64,000 nucleotides of DNA from an uncultured virus (IMG/VR IMGVR_UViG_3300044724_004089). Lineage: Duplodnaviria; Heunggongvirae; Uroviricota; Caudoviricetes. Below are positions 19,623 through 29,746 of the stretch, piece by piece. Location of the stretch: IMG/VR virus record IMGVR_UViG_3300044724_004089. One strand, given 5' to 3'. Below the pieces are notes generated by a model. The model ran no database searches. It worked only from the letters and a program-made list of their open reading frames with translations, and had not been told where the DNA came from. Positions within the stretch are counted from its first letter, which is position 1. The number at the start of each line of letters is the position of its first letter. The position numbers and the translations under genes were made by a program.

Positions 19623-20773
19623 TAAAATTATATAATGACGATTGTTTAAAGATAGTAGAAAAATTAGTAGATGAAGGTATACAAGTTGATTCGATTGTAA
19701 CTGACCCACCATATCATCTGACATCTATTGTAGAAAGATATGGTAAAGAAGGTTCTGCACCAGCAAAAGACAAAGATGGTTTATTTCAAAGACAGTCAAA
19801 AGGTTTTATGGGTAAAGAATGGGATGGTGGTGATATTGCGTTTAGAGAAGAAACTTGGGAACTTTTTATGAAAGTATTGAAACCAGGTGGTCATCTACTT
19901 GCGTTCTCTAGTAGTCGAACATATCATAGAATGGCAGTTGCGATAGAAGATGCTGGTTTCAGTATTCGTGATCAGATTATGTGGTTATATGGTAGTGGGT
20001 TTCCGAAGAGTTTAAATATAGGAAAAGCAGTAGATAAGAAATTAGGTAATAAAAGAGAAGTAATTGGAACTAAAGAATGTGGTTATCAAGTTAGTATTTC
20101 TAAAACTAGAAAAGAACAAGGTAATAGACCAAATTTAACTAATGCAACTAAAGAAGTGATTGTCGACAAGGGAGATACAGAATATGAGGGTTGGGGAACT
20201 GCATTGAAACCAGCACACGAACCTATCGTTCTTGCAAGAAAACCACTATCCGAAAAATCTATCGTTGCAAATGTACTAAAACATAAAACTGGTGGAATAC
20301 ATATAGATGCGAGTAGAATTGAATACGCAGATGAAAATGATAGAAGTGGGTGGCATAAAACTGGTGGTGGTGGAAAAGGTTATATGGACACAAGTACATT
20401 TAAAATAAGAAAGATAACACCAGAGGAAATACAAGAGAGAACAAAGAATGGTAGGTTTCCAGCAAATGTAATGCATAATGGATTAGAAGAAGATTGGGCG
20501 AGATACTTCTATTGTGCTAAAGCATCAAAGTCTGAAAAGGGTGATAATCCACACCCAACAGTAAAACCATTAAAGTTAATGAAATACTTATGTAAATTAA
20601 TTACACCAAAGGGTGGGACAGTATTAGACCCATTTATGGGAAGTGGTTCTACTGGTATAGCATCAAAAGACGAAGGGTTTGAGTTTATAGGTATTGAAAG
20701 AGAAAAAGAGTATTTTGAGATTGCAGAAAAAAGAATAAATATAACATCACCTTTAGAGAGTTTTATGAAATGA
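19619..20773 (+). CDS. N6-adenine/N4-cytosine DNA methyltransferase (beta class)
   Basis: DPPY near N-terminus; HPTVKP and DPFMGSGSTG near C-terminus. Confidence 0.92.
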   Translation: MIKLYNDDCLKIVEKLVDEGIQVDSIVTDPPYHLTSIVERYGKEGSAPAKDKDGLFQRQSKGFMGKEWDGGDIAFREETWELFMKVLKPGGHLLAFSSSRTYHRMAVAIEDAGFSIRDQIMWLYGSGFPKSLNIGKAVDKKLGNKREVIGTKECGYQVSISKTRKEQGNRPNLTNATKEVIVDKGDTEYEGWGTALKPAHEPIVLARKPLSEKSIVANVLKHKTGGIHIDASRIEYADENDRSGWHKTGGGGKGYMDTSTFKIRKITPEEIQERTKNGRFPANVMHNGLEEDWARYFYCAKASKSEKGDNPHPTVKPLKLMKYLCKLITPKGGTVLDPFMGSGSTGIASKDEGFEFIGIEREKEYFEIAEKRINITSPLESFMK

Positions 20774-20859
20774 AATTTAAAAAATTAAAAATGAGAATAA
20801 GATTATTTTTATCTATCTTTAAGAAGAGAAGAGAAAAAGGTAATCCTTGGATATATTAG
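20770..20859 (+). CDS. small basic peptide MKFKKLKMRIRLFLSIFKKRREKGNPWIY (not in ORF track)
   Basis: ATGA overlap with the MTase stop; 29 aa; P-aromatic-I-Y tail like peptides that accompany carbamoyltransferases. Confidence 0.55.
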   Translation: MKFKKLKMRIRLFLSIFKKRREKGNPWIY

Positions 20860-20860
20860 T

Positions 20861-21010
20861 ATGTGGAAATATTGGTGTAAAGCAATCGGTACAAAGGCAT
20901 TTGACGAGGATAATAAAGCAGATAAAGTAGCAATTATTAGAACTTGCTGGATTATACTGCATATTGTTACTTGCATTGCAATTATATCTAACACATTGAG
21001 GCAGTGGTAA
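20861..21010 (+). CDS. small membrane protein MWKYWCKAIGTKAFDEDNKADKVAIIRTCWIILHIVTCIAIISNTLRQW (not in ORF track)
   Basis: 49-aa ORF exactly filling the gap; one hydrophobic segment. Confidence 0.65.
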   Translation: MWKYWCKAIGTKAFDEDNKADKVAIIRTCWIILHIVTCIAIISNTLRQW

Positions 21011-22318
21011 TTGATAACATTAGGAATCTCAGAGGGGTTTCATAATTCGTCTGTCTGCTATGTAGAGGACGGTGAAATATTGTTTGCTTCAGAATCAGAA
21101 AGATATACTGGTAATAAAAATGATAGGTGGGTACCAGGTGACATATTAGATATGTATGAATGTGACAATATGGTTTATTATGAAAAACCATTTAAAAAAA
21201 ATATTAGAAGACTTTTAGCAGGTCAGTCGTGGGAAAAAACTAGATTTAAATATGATAACTACTACTCACATCATTTATCTCACGCCGGCGCAGGTTATTA
21301 CACTGCACCATTCGAAGATTGTAATATATTAGTTATAGATGCTATTGGTGAATGGGAAACAATAACAATATGGGACAATCTAAAAAAGATTAGGTCGTGG
21401 TCGTATCCATATTCTCTAGGATTATTATATTCAGCAGTAACACAATATTTAGGATTTAAACCAAACGAAGAAGAATATATTGTTATGGGTATGTCAGCAT
21501 TTGGTGAACCCATTTATAATTATGAATATTTGTTATATGAAAATAATCATAGAGGTATAAAATTTTTAAAAGGTAAACCAGAAGATATCGCCGCCTCAAT
21601 ACAAAAATTATATGAAGATGAGTTGTTAAAATTGGTAAAGATGTGTCCGAAGAAAAACTTAATACTTATGGGTGGTTGTGCTTTAAATTGTGTTGCTAAT
21701 AGTAAAATCAAAGGTAAGAACATTTGGATTATGCCATCACCCGGTGATGCAGGTAGTTCTTTAGGTGCATCAGCATTGAAACAAGGTAAGATTAATTGGA
21801 AACACCCATATTTAGGTTATGATATTAGCAGACATATAAACCCTAAAGAAGTTGTAGATGATTTATTAGAAAATAAAATAGTAGGTGTAGCAAATGGTAG
21901 AGCAGAATTTGGACCTAGAGCATTAGGTAATCGTTCTTTATTAGGTGACCCTAGATATGATATCAAAGATACTGTTAACACAATTAAAAGAAGACAAAAG
22001 TTTAGACCTTTTGCACCTGCAATATTAGAAGAGTTTGCAGATGAATATTTTGAAGGTCCTATGAATCGTTATATGCAGTTTGTATCAAAAGCAAAACACG
22101 ACTACAAATCAGTAACTCACGTTGACAATACTGCAAGAGTTCAAATAGTAGAAAAAGATTGTAAATCTGTAATAAGACCTATACTTGAAGAGTTTTATGA
22201 AAGAACTAAAGTTCCTATGTTGTTAAATACATCTTTAAATATAAAAGGTAAACCTATGGTAAATACAGAGAAAGATGCTAATAAGTTTACAGAAAGATAT
22301 AATGTAAATGTCTGGTAA
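21011..22318 (+). CDS. carbamoyltransferase (NodU/CmcH family)
   Basis: HNSS, HHLSHA, DAIGE, GGCALNC, EFGPRALGNRS, FRPFAP, HVDNTARVQ, LNTSLN. Confidence 0.93.
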   Translation: MITLGISEGFHNSSVCYVEDGEILFASESERYTGNKNDRWVPGDILDMYECDNMVYYEKPFKKNIRRLLAGQSWEKTRFKYDNYYSHHLSHAGAGYYTAPFEDCNILVIDAIGEWETITIWDNLKKIRSWSYPYSLGLLYSAVTQYLGFKPNEEEYIVMGMSAFGEPIYNYEYLLYENNHRGIKFLKGKPEDIAASIQKLYEDELLKLVKMCPKKNLILMGGCALNCVANSKIKGKNIWIMPSPGDAGSSLGASALKQGKINWKHPYLGYDISRHINPKEVVDDLLENKIVGVANGRAEFGPRALGNRSLLGDPRYDIKDTVNTIKRRQKFRPFAPAILEEFADEYFEGPMNRYMQFVSKAKHDYKSVTHVDNTARVQIVEKDCKSVIRPILEEFYERTKVPMLLNTSLNIKGKPMVNTEKDANKFTERYNVNVW

Positions 22319-23147
22319 ATTATTAATTGTTGGTGATAGTTTTTGTTCTAGATATGTCGAGGATACTAAAAAGTACCACTCAGTAAAGAAAAAACCTTAT
22401 ATATGGAAAGTACCAAAATTCAAATACTGGTTTGATTATTTAGGTGATAAGTTAAATTTAGAACTTCTCAATTTATCTTTTCGTGGTGCTGGTAATCAAC
22501 AAATATTTGACAATACATTATATGCATTAAATACAAATGACGACATAGAGTTCGCAGTAATTTGTTGGTCAGAGTTTGATAGAATCGATTTACTAAATGG
22601 TAGTTCTGAAAATAGAAATTCGGTTCATATCAACTTGTCAAGCACATACACTGATATAAACTCATCTAACACCTATAGAAATCTCTCTAAAAAATATAAC
22701 TATTTCTTTACAGAAGATAAATTATTTGATGCAATGTGTATGATGGATAAATTTATAAACTATTCCATAACAGTAGATAACTTACTGAAACATAGAAAAA
22801 TAAAAAATATACAAGCATTTTCAGTTACACCATTTTTATCTATAAAAAAACAAAATAGAATGTCACAGATTAGTTTATTTAACGAGTATTTAAATCACGA
22901 GTTATTTGATAAGTTGAATGATGAAAATTTCTTTATGTATCCTGGTGTAAAAGAGTTAGGTGGTGGCAATTTTAATGACCTGACAATAGACAATGAAAAT
23001 TATGTGTTAAACTCTGAAAAAAATACTAACAAAGAGTTAGCAGATCAAGGGTGGATAATCGACAATCACCCTAACGGAGAGGGTAATAAAGTAATTTTTG
23101 ATAAATTATTTCGTTTCATACTTGACAAATATAAAAAAATAGTATAG
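22308..23147 (+). CDS. SGNH/GDSL hydrolase-like protein
   Basis: GDSF near N-terminus, GAGN, C-terminal DNHPN. Confidence 0.65.
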   Translation: MSGKLLIVGDSFCSRYVEDTKKYHSVKKKPYIWKVPKFKYWFDYLGDKLNLELLNLSFRGAGNQQIFDNTLYALNTNDDIEFAVICWSEFDRIDLLNGSSENRNSVHINLSSTYTDINSSNTYRNLSKKYNYFFTEDKLFDAMCMMDKFINYSITVDNLLKHRKIKNIQAFSVTPFLSIKKQNRMSQISLFNEYLNHELFDKLNDENFFMYPGVKELGGGNFNDLTIDNENYVLNSEKNTNKELADQGWIIDNHPNGEGNKVIFDKLFRFILDKYKKIV

Positions 23148-23170
23148 TATGTATATATTGATTCGTTAAT
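23122..23170 (+). promoter_or_regulatory. early promoter with TGATTCG leader
   Basis: TTGACA-17-TAGTAT; TGATTCGTTAA starting at 23159. Confidence 0.7.
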
Positions 23171-23188
23171 TAACAATATGGAGATATT

Positions 23189-23509
23189 ATGTATAGAAAA
23201 CTAAGCAAAAAAGCAAAGATTATGAACATCTTAAACCGTGGTAGCAGTGTTACTTGGAAACAACTAAAGACAACTTATGGTCTAAAGTCACCAAGAGCAA
23301 TGATAGATACTATCAGAAGAGATGGTGTTTGTGTTTATGCTAACAAGGACAAGAGAGGTAACACTTTCTATAGAATAGGTAAACCAACAGGTGCTATGTT
23401 AAAAGCAGGTGTTGCCAAGATTGGTTCAATGAAGAACGTAACATTTGATAGCATTGTAGCAGAAGGTGTTAGAGAAGTTCTAGGTACCGAGTTTGCTTAC
23501 AGTAACTAG
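23189..23509 (+). CDS. putative winged-helix DNA-binding protein
   Basis: Basic protein; helix-turn-helix followed by a beta hairpin (IDTIRRDG...YRIG). Confidence 0.5.
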   Translation: MYRKLSKKAKIMNILNRGSSVTWKQLKTTYGLKSPRAMIDTIRRDGVCVYANKDKRGNTFYRIGKPTGAMLKAGVAKIGSMKNVTFDSIVAEGVREVLGTEFAYSN

Positions 23510-23541
23510 TTGACATATAATTAATTATATGTTACTATAAA

Positions 23542-23605
23542 ATATGGTTGATTCACTATTTCCTTTCAAGTTTTATCATTACAGTGAGTCAACCATATAT
23601 TTTTT
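23542..23605 (+). ncRNA. candidate small RNA or leader hairpin with its own promoter
   Basis: TTGACA-17-TACTAT (23510-23538); 16-bp stem 23542-23557/23583-23598, 25-nt loop, U-tract after. Confidence 0.4.
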
Positions 23606-23608
23606 ATT

Positions 23609-24085
23609 ATGAAAGAATTTAATTACAAATTACCATATAAAGAACTAGATTTTACTAATAAATCAATACGACAATTATATAGAATTGGAAGAGGTGAACA
23701 AGGTGTTTTATTAGTAAGACCTTACACAGATGATATTTGTAAGTATTGGAAATTTAAAATACCTCCTATAGCAAAAAAATCTGCTCAAAAGATTTACGAA
23801 ATGTATGCTGACTACAAAGTAAAGAATGATTTTGTAGGTATGGATATGTGTCGTAAGTTTTTAGAAATGGGATTTACAAGAGCAAGAAGATATGCTAATC
23901 ATAAAGATGGTAAAAAATATAATACAGATGGTACAATCAAACCACAAGAAAAAGATTGGGCGACAAGTAACAAAGCAATATCGGCAACTATATTTAAAGA
24001 GTACAGAGATAGGGTTGCAAAAGATTCTAAATATAAAGCAATGAGAAAACATTGGCGTGATTTTGAAAATACTATAGGAGTTTAA
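23609..24085 (+). CDS. DUF4385-family protein
   Basis: YRIGRGEQGVL, DFVGMDMCRKFLEMGFTRARRYANH. Confidence 0.8.
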   Translation: MKEFNYKLPYKELDFTNKSIRQLYRIGRGEQGVLLVRPYTDDICKYWKFKIPPIAKKSAQKIYEMYADYKVKNDFVGMDMCRKFLEMGFTRARRYANHKDGKKYNTDGTIKPQEKDWATSNKAISATIFKEYRDRVAKDSKYKAMRKHWRDFENTIGV

Positions 24086-25105
24086 ATGAATGATTTTTTA
24101 AAAGAGATTGTAAAAGATGTGAATAATGATTATGCTAGTTTGGCGAGTGATGGTATTGCAGGTGGTGATGTAACGTCATTTATAGATACAGGTTCATATT
24201 CTTTTAATGCTTTATTATCTGGTTCAATATATGGTGGATTACCTGCTAATCGCATTACTGCAATTGCTGGTGAGGCGGCGACAGGTAAAACTTTCTTTGC
24301 ATTAGGTATCTGTAAAAACTTTTTAGATGCATCACCTGATGCAGGTATAATTTATTTTGAGTCAGAAAATGCTATATCAAAAACTTTGATCGAGAGTAGA
24401 GGTGTAGATAGTAAAAGAGTTGTTGTCTATCCTGTTGCAACAGTGCAAGAATTTAGAACACAAGCAGTGCAAATTATAGACAAGTATCTTGCACAACCCG
24501 AAGAGAAAAGACAACCAATTATGTTTGTGTTAGATAGTTTAGGTATGTTATCAACCACAAAAGAAATGGAAGATACTGCCGCCGGTAAAGAAACAAGAGA
24601 TATGACTAGAAGTCAAATTGTTAAATCGGCATTTAGAGTTTTAACATTGAAATTAGGTAAAGCAAATATACCTATGATAATGACTAATCATACTTATGAT
24701 GTTATTGGTTCAATGTACCCACAAAAAGAAATGGGTGGTGGTTCAGGTCTGAAATATGCCGCCTCATCTATCGTATATCTAGGTAAGAAAAAAGAAAAAG
24801 AAGGAACTGAAGTTGTAGGTAATATTATTCATTGTAAAAATTACAAGTCAAGAATTACAAAAGAAAATGCAATGATTGATGTTAGATTAACTTACACTAA
24901 AGGTCTTGATAAACATTATGGTTTATTAGAACTTGCTGAAGAGGCAGGTATATTTAAAAAAGTATCAACAAGATATGAATTGCCAAGTGGTGCAAAACTA
25001 TATGGTAAACAAATATTAAATGAACCAGAAAAACATTTTACAGAAGAGGTATTAGATAAGATAGATGAGTATGCAAAACACAAGTTCTCTTACGGGACTG
25101 AATAA
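24086..25105 (+). CDS. uvsX: UvsX RecA-like recombinase
   Basis: [27 protein letters not shown]. Confidence 0.95.
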   Translation: MNDFLKEIVKDVNNDYASLASDGIAGGDVTSFIDTGSYSFNALLSGSIYGGLPANRITAIAGEAATGKTFFALGICKNFLDASPDAGIIYFESENAISKTLIESRGVDSKRVVVYPVATVQEFRTQAVQIIDKYLAQPEEKRQPIMFVLDSLGMLSTTKEMEDTAAGKETRDMTRSQIVKSAFRVLTLKLGKANIPMIMTNHTYDVIGSMYPQKEMGGGSGLKYAASSIVYLGKKKEKEGTEVVGNIIHCKNYKSRITKENAMIDVRLTYTKGLDKHYGLLELAEEAGIFKKVSTRYELPSGAKLYGKQILNEPEKHFTEEVLDKIDEYAKHKFSYGTE

Positions 25106-25382
25106 AACTTATAAGTTTGTACAAAAACCGGGTGAAGACTTTGCTTGTATTCAACTACTTGGTGGTGAATATGATGGTGTTGTGTATAAACATAACAATA
25201 TAAAGTTTGCACCTAAACCAAATGAAAATGATGAGATACCTTTGAAGTTTGATTATGATGTATTAGTCAATCCAAATAAAGCAAAGGTAGACACTCAAGA
25301 ATTTATGCACTATATTGGTGACATACTGTTAGAGGTAGTGCAATATCAACTAGACAATAACACTTTAAAATTTAATGAATAA
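25065..25382 (+). CDS. hypothetical protein (position of T4 gp40 head-vertex chaperone)
   Basis: Between uvsX and gp41; true start uncertain. Confidence 0.5.
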   Translation: MSMQNTSSLTGLNKTYKFVQKPGEDFACIQLLGGEYDGVVYKHNNIKFAPKPNENDEIPLKFDYDVLVNPNKAKVDTQEFMHYIGDILLEVVQYQLDNNTLKFNE

Positions 25383-25920
25383 TTATATTACCTTTTACAA
25401 TGATGTTTTACCTAAAGAATTTTGTGATAGCATCATTCAAAAATATGAAGATGATAATGGTAAAGAACTCATAGAAAATAGTAATATGAGGTTTACTCAA
25501 TTAAATATTAATACATCTAGTCAATGGCAAAACATAGTAAAAAATTTAATGAGAAATTGTTTTTTACCATTAATAGAAAGGTATAAAAAGGAGTTTAATA
25601 TAGATCAGTTTCCAAAAGATTATGCCTATGAGCAGTTAAGAATTAAAAAATATATGCCTAATGATTTAGATGAATTTAAATTACACGTTGATGTTGAAGA
25701 TCACCAAACTGCTAAAAGATTTTTAGTGTTCTTTATTTATTTGAATGATAATGAAAAAGGGTTGACTTGTTTTCCTGATTATGATATAAAAGTACAACCA
25801 AAAGCAGGTAGAGTGTTAATGTTTCCACCTTTGTGGACACACAGACATTATGCTGAAAAACCAATAAAAGAACCAAAGTATATTTTAGGTTCTTATTTAC
25901 ATTATGTAGGTGCGTTATGA
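25375..25920 (+). CDS. 2OG-Fe(II) oxygenase (prolyl 4-hydroxylase-like)
   Basis: HVD, YLND, FPPLWTHRH, KYI motifs. Confidence 0.85.
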   Translation: MNNYITFYNDVLPKEFCDSIIQKYEDDNGKELIENSNMRFTQLNINTSSQWQNIVKNLMRNCFLPLIERYKKEFNIDQFPKDYAYEQLRIKKYMPNDLDEFKLHVDVEDHQTAKRFLVFFIYLNDNEKGLTCFPDYDIKVQPKAGRVLMFPPLWTHRHYAEKPIKEPKYILGSYLHYVGAL

Positions 25921-27275
25921 GTGAAAGAGTAGAACTAACAATATTAAGAAACTTGTTTTTCAATGAAGACTTTACAAGAAAGGTAACACCTTTTATTAAA
26001 CCAGATTACTTTACAAGTAGAGATGAGAGAATACTATTTGAAGAAGTAGAAAAGTTTATTGTAAAATATAAGAACAGTCCTACTAAAGAGGCGATACTAA
26101 TTGAACTTGGTAAACGTAAAGATATAAATGATGATGAATGTAAGTCTGTAGAAAATCTTGTCAATGGTTTTAGAAATGAAGAAGTAGATTTACAATGGTT
26201 GTTAGATACTACAGAACAATTTTGTAAAGATAGAGCAGTGCATAATGCAGTATTAGATGGTATTAAAATACTTGATAACAAAGATAAGAAAAGAACACCA
26301 GAGGCGATACCGTCTATATTATCAGAGGCACTTGCAGTTTCTTTTGATAGTCATATTGGTCACGATTATATTGATGATGCTGAAAGAAGATTTGAGTGGT
26401 ATCGCACTAAAGAAAAGAAGTATCAGTTTGATTTAAATTATTTCAACAAGATTACTAAAGGTGGTGTTCCTGCTAAAACTTTAAATGTTGCACTTGCTGG
26501 TACTGGTGTTGGTAAAAGTTTGTTTATGTGTCACGTTGCGTCATCATATTTAACACAAGGTTATAGTGTTTTATATGTTACATTAGAAATGGCAGAAGAA
26601 AAGATTGCTGAAAGAATAGATGCTAACTTATTAGATTTAACTGTTGATGATTTACATACTGTACCAAAACAATTGTATGAAGACAAAGTAAAAAAGATAA
26701 ACAACAAGACTGCTGGTAAATTAATCATTAAAGAATATCCTACTGCATCAGCACACGCAGGTCATTTTAGAGCATTGATAAATGAATTGTCTTTAAAGAA
26801 AGACTTCAAACCTGATGTGGTGTTTATTGATTATCTAAATATTTGTTCAAGTAGTAGATTTAAAGGTGGTAATATATCATCTTATTTTTATATCAAAGCA
26901 ATTGCTGAAGAGTTAAGAGGTTTAGCAGTTGAGTTTAATGTGCCAATCTTTAGTGCTACACAAACTACAAGAAGTGGTTTTGTGTCTACAGATATTGGTT
27001 TAGAAGATACATCTGAAAGTTTTGGTTTACCAGCAACTGCCGATTTTATGTTTGCGTTGATGAGTAATGATGAGTTAGAGTCATTGGGTCAAATGAAAGT
27101 TAAACAATTAAAGAACAGATACAATGATCCCAGTCAAAACAAAACATTTGTTATTGGTGTTGACAGAGCAAAGATGAGATTGTATGATGTAGAAAATTCT
27201 GCACAGACATTGGTAGATAGTAATATTAATAAAACAGAGGACGCATATGATAAATTTAGTGACTTTAAGTTATGA
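25917..27275 (+). CDS. gp41: replicative helicase gp41
   Basis: AGTGVGKS, TLEMAEE, IDYL, ATQTTR, SESFGLPATAD, LKNRY. Confidence 0.96.
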   Translation: MSERVELTILRNLFFNEDFTRKVTPFIKPDYFTSRDERILFEEVEKFIVKYKNSPTKEAILIELGKRKDINDDECKSVENLVNGFRNEEVDLQWLLDTTEQFCKDRAVHNAVLDGIKILDNKDKKRTPEAIPSILSEALAVSFDSHIGHDYIDDAERRFEWYRTKEKKYQFDLNYFNKITKGGVPAKTLNVALAGTGVGKSLFMCHVASSYLTQGYSVLYVTLEMAEEKIAERIDANLLDLTVDDLHTVPKQLYEDKVKKINNKTAGKLIIKEYPTASAHAGHFRALINELSLKKDFKPDVVFIDYLNICSSSRFKGGNISSYFYIKAIAEELRGLAVEFNVPIFSATQTTRSGFVSTDIGLEDTSESFGLPATADFMFALMSNDELESLGQMKVKQLKNRYNDPSQNKTFVIGVDRAKMRLYDVENSAQTLVDSNINKTEDAYDKFSDFKL

Positions 27276-27472
27276 TTAAGTTAAGATATAAAAAAAGAAT
27301 GAAAAAGAAGGGTAATAAAATAGTATGGCAAATACTTGAAAGACCCACAAATTCTTTAGTAGGCGAGTATTTCTTTGAAGAAGATGCTAAACAAATAGTT
27401 GATTTTCAAAATAAAAATCAAGTATGGGCAGTAAATGGTGGTGTTCCAAGTTTTATGGTGATTAAGACGTAA
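27272..27472 (+). CDS. hypothetical protein
   Basis: Coupled ORF overlapping the gp41 stop. Confidence 0.6.
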   Translation: MIKLRYKKRMKKKGNKIVWQILERPTNSLVGEYFFEEDAKQIVDFQNKNQVWAVNGGVPSFMVIKT

Positions 27473-27477
27473 ACTTA

Positions 27478-27485
27478 TATAAATA
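27478..27485 (+). promoter_or_regulatory. T4-type late promoter
   Basis: Intergenic TATAAATA heading the virion-protein block. Confidence 0.75.
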
Positions 27486-27545
27486 ATAGAAACTGAATAT
27501 ATTGTATGGGAAGGTGATTATATTTATGGGACAAATGAGGAATAT

Positions 27546-28772
27546 ATGCTTAGTTTCAAAACATTTGCTACGGCAGGTAAGAATTTACATTTAGAACACC
27601 TAGAAGATCAGATCATAGATAAAGGTGCTGAAGGTGGTAAACAAGCAGTAGCATTTTTAAAATCCATTAGACAAATGTTACAAGGTGACTCTAGAAGTAG
27701 TGTCAATGTAACTGTTAAATGGGACGGAGCACCAGCAGTTTTTGTCGGCACTAATCCAGAAAATGGTAAATTCTTTGTTGGAACTAAATCAGTATTTAAT
27801 AAAAATCCTAAAATAAACTATTCAATATCAGATATACAAAAAAATCATTCAGGTGGTGTTGTTGATAAGTTGATTGCATCATTTAATGAATTAAAAAGAG
27901 TTTTCAAACCAGGTATCATATTACAAGGCGATTTATTATTTACAAAGTCTGATTTAAAGTCAGCAGTAATAGATGGTCAAAAAATGATATCATTTACACC
28001 TAATACTATCACTTATGCAGTACCAGAAGATTCTAAATTAGGTAAACAAATTTCTAGGTCAAGTTTAGGTATTGTATTTCATACTAGTTACACAGGTAAA
28101 AAAATGTCAGAGTTATCTGCTAACTTTGGTTATTCGCAATCAGGTAGCACAGGTAGAGTTTTTATGGCAAGTGCAAAGTTTACTGATACATCAGGTTCAT
28201 CAAACTTTAGCAATAGTCAATTAGTTACATTTGATAACATCATTAGAATGGCAGAGGGTTCATTATCAAAAGGTAGTTCTGTTTTAAATATGTTACAACA
28301 AAGAGCATCAGACCCATTGTCTGTTGCATATAGATTAAAAGTATTTTTTAATTACTACATTAGAAATCACAAAGGTGATAGTTACGACAAAGTTAAAACA
28401 TTAGTATCAATGTTTAAAGAATACTTTGAAAATTCATTACAAGGTGAAGTTGATAAAAGAAAAACTCCAGCAGGTCAAGAAAAATTTAAACAAGCATTAG
28501 TAGGTGGTAGAGATTTTATAAAGAAAAACGAACAAGCAATTTATTTTGCAATAGCAAGTCATATAAGTTTACAAAGAGCAAAAATATTTTTATTACAAAA
28601 GATGAATCAAATACAAAGCATTGGTTCTTTTATTAGAACACCAAATGGTTTTAAAGTCACTGCACCAGAAGGTTTTGTAGCACTGTCTAGTAAAGGTGCA
28701 GTTAAGTTAGTAGACAGATTAGAATTTAGTAAAGCAAACTTCACAATAGCAAAAGATTGGGTAAGGGGGTAA
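27546..28772 (+). CDS. conserved T4-like protein (DUF6267-like) with ATP-dependent ligase-like motifs
   Basis: HLEHLED, KWDG, QGDLLF, EGFV, VKLV. Confidence 0.6.
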   Translation: MLSFKTFATAGKNLHLEHLEDQIIDKGAEGGKQAVAFLKSIRQMLQGDSRSSVNVTVKWDGAPAVFVGTNPENGKFFVGTKSVFNKNPKINYSISDIQKNHSGGVVDKLIASFNELKRVFKPGIILQGDLLFTKSDLKSAVIDGQKMISFTPNTITYAVPEDSKLGKQISRSSLGIVFHTSYTGKKMSELSANFGYSQSGSTGRVFMASAKFTDTSGSSNFSNSQLVTFDNIIRMAEGSLSKGSSVLNMLQQRASDPLSVAYRLKVFFNYYIRNHKGDSYDKVKTLVSMFKEYFENSLQGEVDKRKTPAGQEKFKQALVGGRDFIKKNEQAIYFAIASHISLQRAKIFLLQKMNQIQSIGSFIRTPNGFKVTAPEGFVALSSKGAVKLVDRLEFSKANFTIAKDWVRG

Positions 28773-28775
28773 AAT

Positions 28776-29051
28776 ATGGCGGCAGGAGGATATCAAGGTA
28801 GTCTTATTATTAAAGGCACTTCAACAAGTAATGGTACAATTAGTGCAACTAATTTTAATAGGGCACATTTTGTAAGAATTCAAACAACGGCGGCAAACAA
28901 TACTATAACATTAAAAGAATCTGATGGTTCGACAGTGGGAAGTTTAATTCTCCACGATGCCGGAGATAGTGTTGTTATTGAGAAGAAACCAACACAAACA
29001 TTAGAAACTACTGGTAATGCCGTTGGTTCAGCGGTAGGGAGTCCACGCTAA
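28776..29051 (+). CDS. small putative virion protein
   Basis: G/T/S-rich beta-type protein in the late block. Confidence 0.5.
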   Translation: MAAGGYQGSLIIKGTSTSNGTISATNFNRAHFVRIQTTAANNTITLKESDGSTVGSLILHDAGDSVVIEKKPTQTLETTGNAVGSAVGSPR

Positions 29052-29746
29052 TGAAATTTAAAGAGTTAATAAAAGAAATTAATTTACACGAAGGTGTTTA
29101 TGATAATGGCATTTTTAAATGTTTCTTTTTAGCGGGTGGTCCGGGTTCAGGTAAAACATTTGTTACTTCACAAGCATTTGCTGGTACAGGACTTAGAGTA
29201 ATAAATTCTGATAAAGCATTTGAAAGACAATTAGAAAAATTTAATCTATCTAAAAAAATGCCAGAAAGTGAGGCAGATACAAGAGATATGGTAAGAGCAA
29301 GAGCAAAAGCAACCACACAAAAAATGTTGCATTTGTCCTTGACTGGTAGATTAGGTATTATTATAGATGGTACAGGTGATGACTACAAAAAGATTTCAAA
29401 AATGAAAAATCTATTTTCTGTTCTTGGTTATGATTGTTATATGGTGTTTGTAAATACAAGTTTAGATGTAGCACTTGAAAGAAATGCTAAAAGAGAGAGA
29501 ACTGTACCTGAATATATTACAACAAATTCTTGGAACGATTGTCAAAGAAATATAGGAGCATTTCAAAATCTATTTGGTGCTAGTAATTTTATCATAGTTG
29601 ATAATAGTGTATCAGCAAAAGAATTAGTAACTGTAACTATGAATAAAGTTTCTAGATTTGTAAGTCAACTTATGAGGGCACCTATAAAAAACTATGTTGC
29701 GAAAAAATGGATTGCTAGAGAGTTACAATTAAAGAGAAGAAAATGA
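29051..29746 (+). CDS. P-loop kinase (zeta toxin/PNK-like)
   Basis: GGPGSGKT, NSD, IIDGTG, ALERNAKR lid. Confidence 0.8.
   Translation: MKFKELIKEINLHEGVYDNGIFKCFFLAGGPGSGKTFVTSQAFAGTGLRVINSDKAFERQLEKFNLSKKMPESEADTRDMVRARAKATTQKMLHLSLTGRLGIIIDGTGDDYKKISKMKNLFSVLGYDCYMVFVNTSLDVALERNAKRERTVPEYITTNSWNDCQRNIGAFQNLFGASNFIIVDNSVSAKELVTVTMNKVSRFVSQLMRAPIKNYVAKKWIARELQLKRRK

Noticed and set aside
29051..29746. Zeta toxin-antitoxin system
   Set aside because: No epsilon-like partner; context is a late virion operon, so only a generic kinase call is supported.
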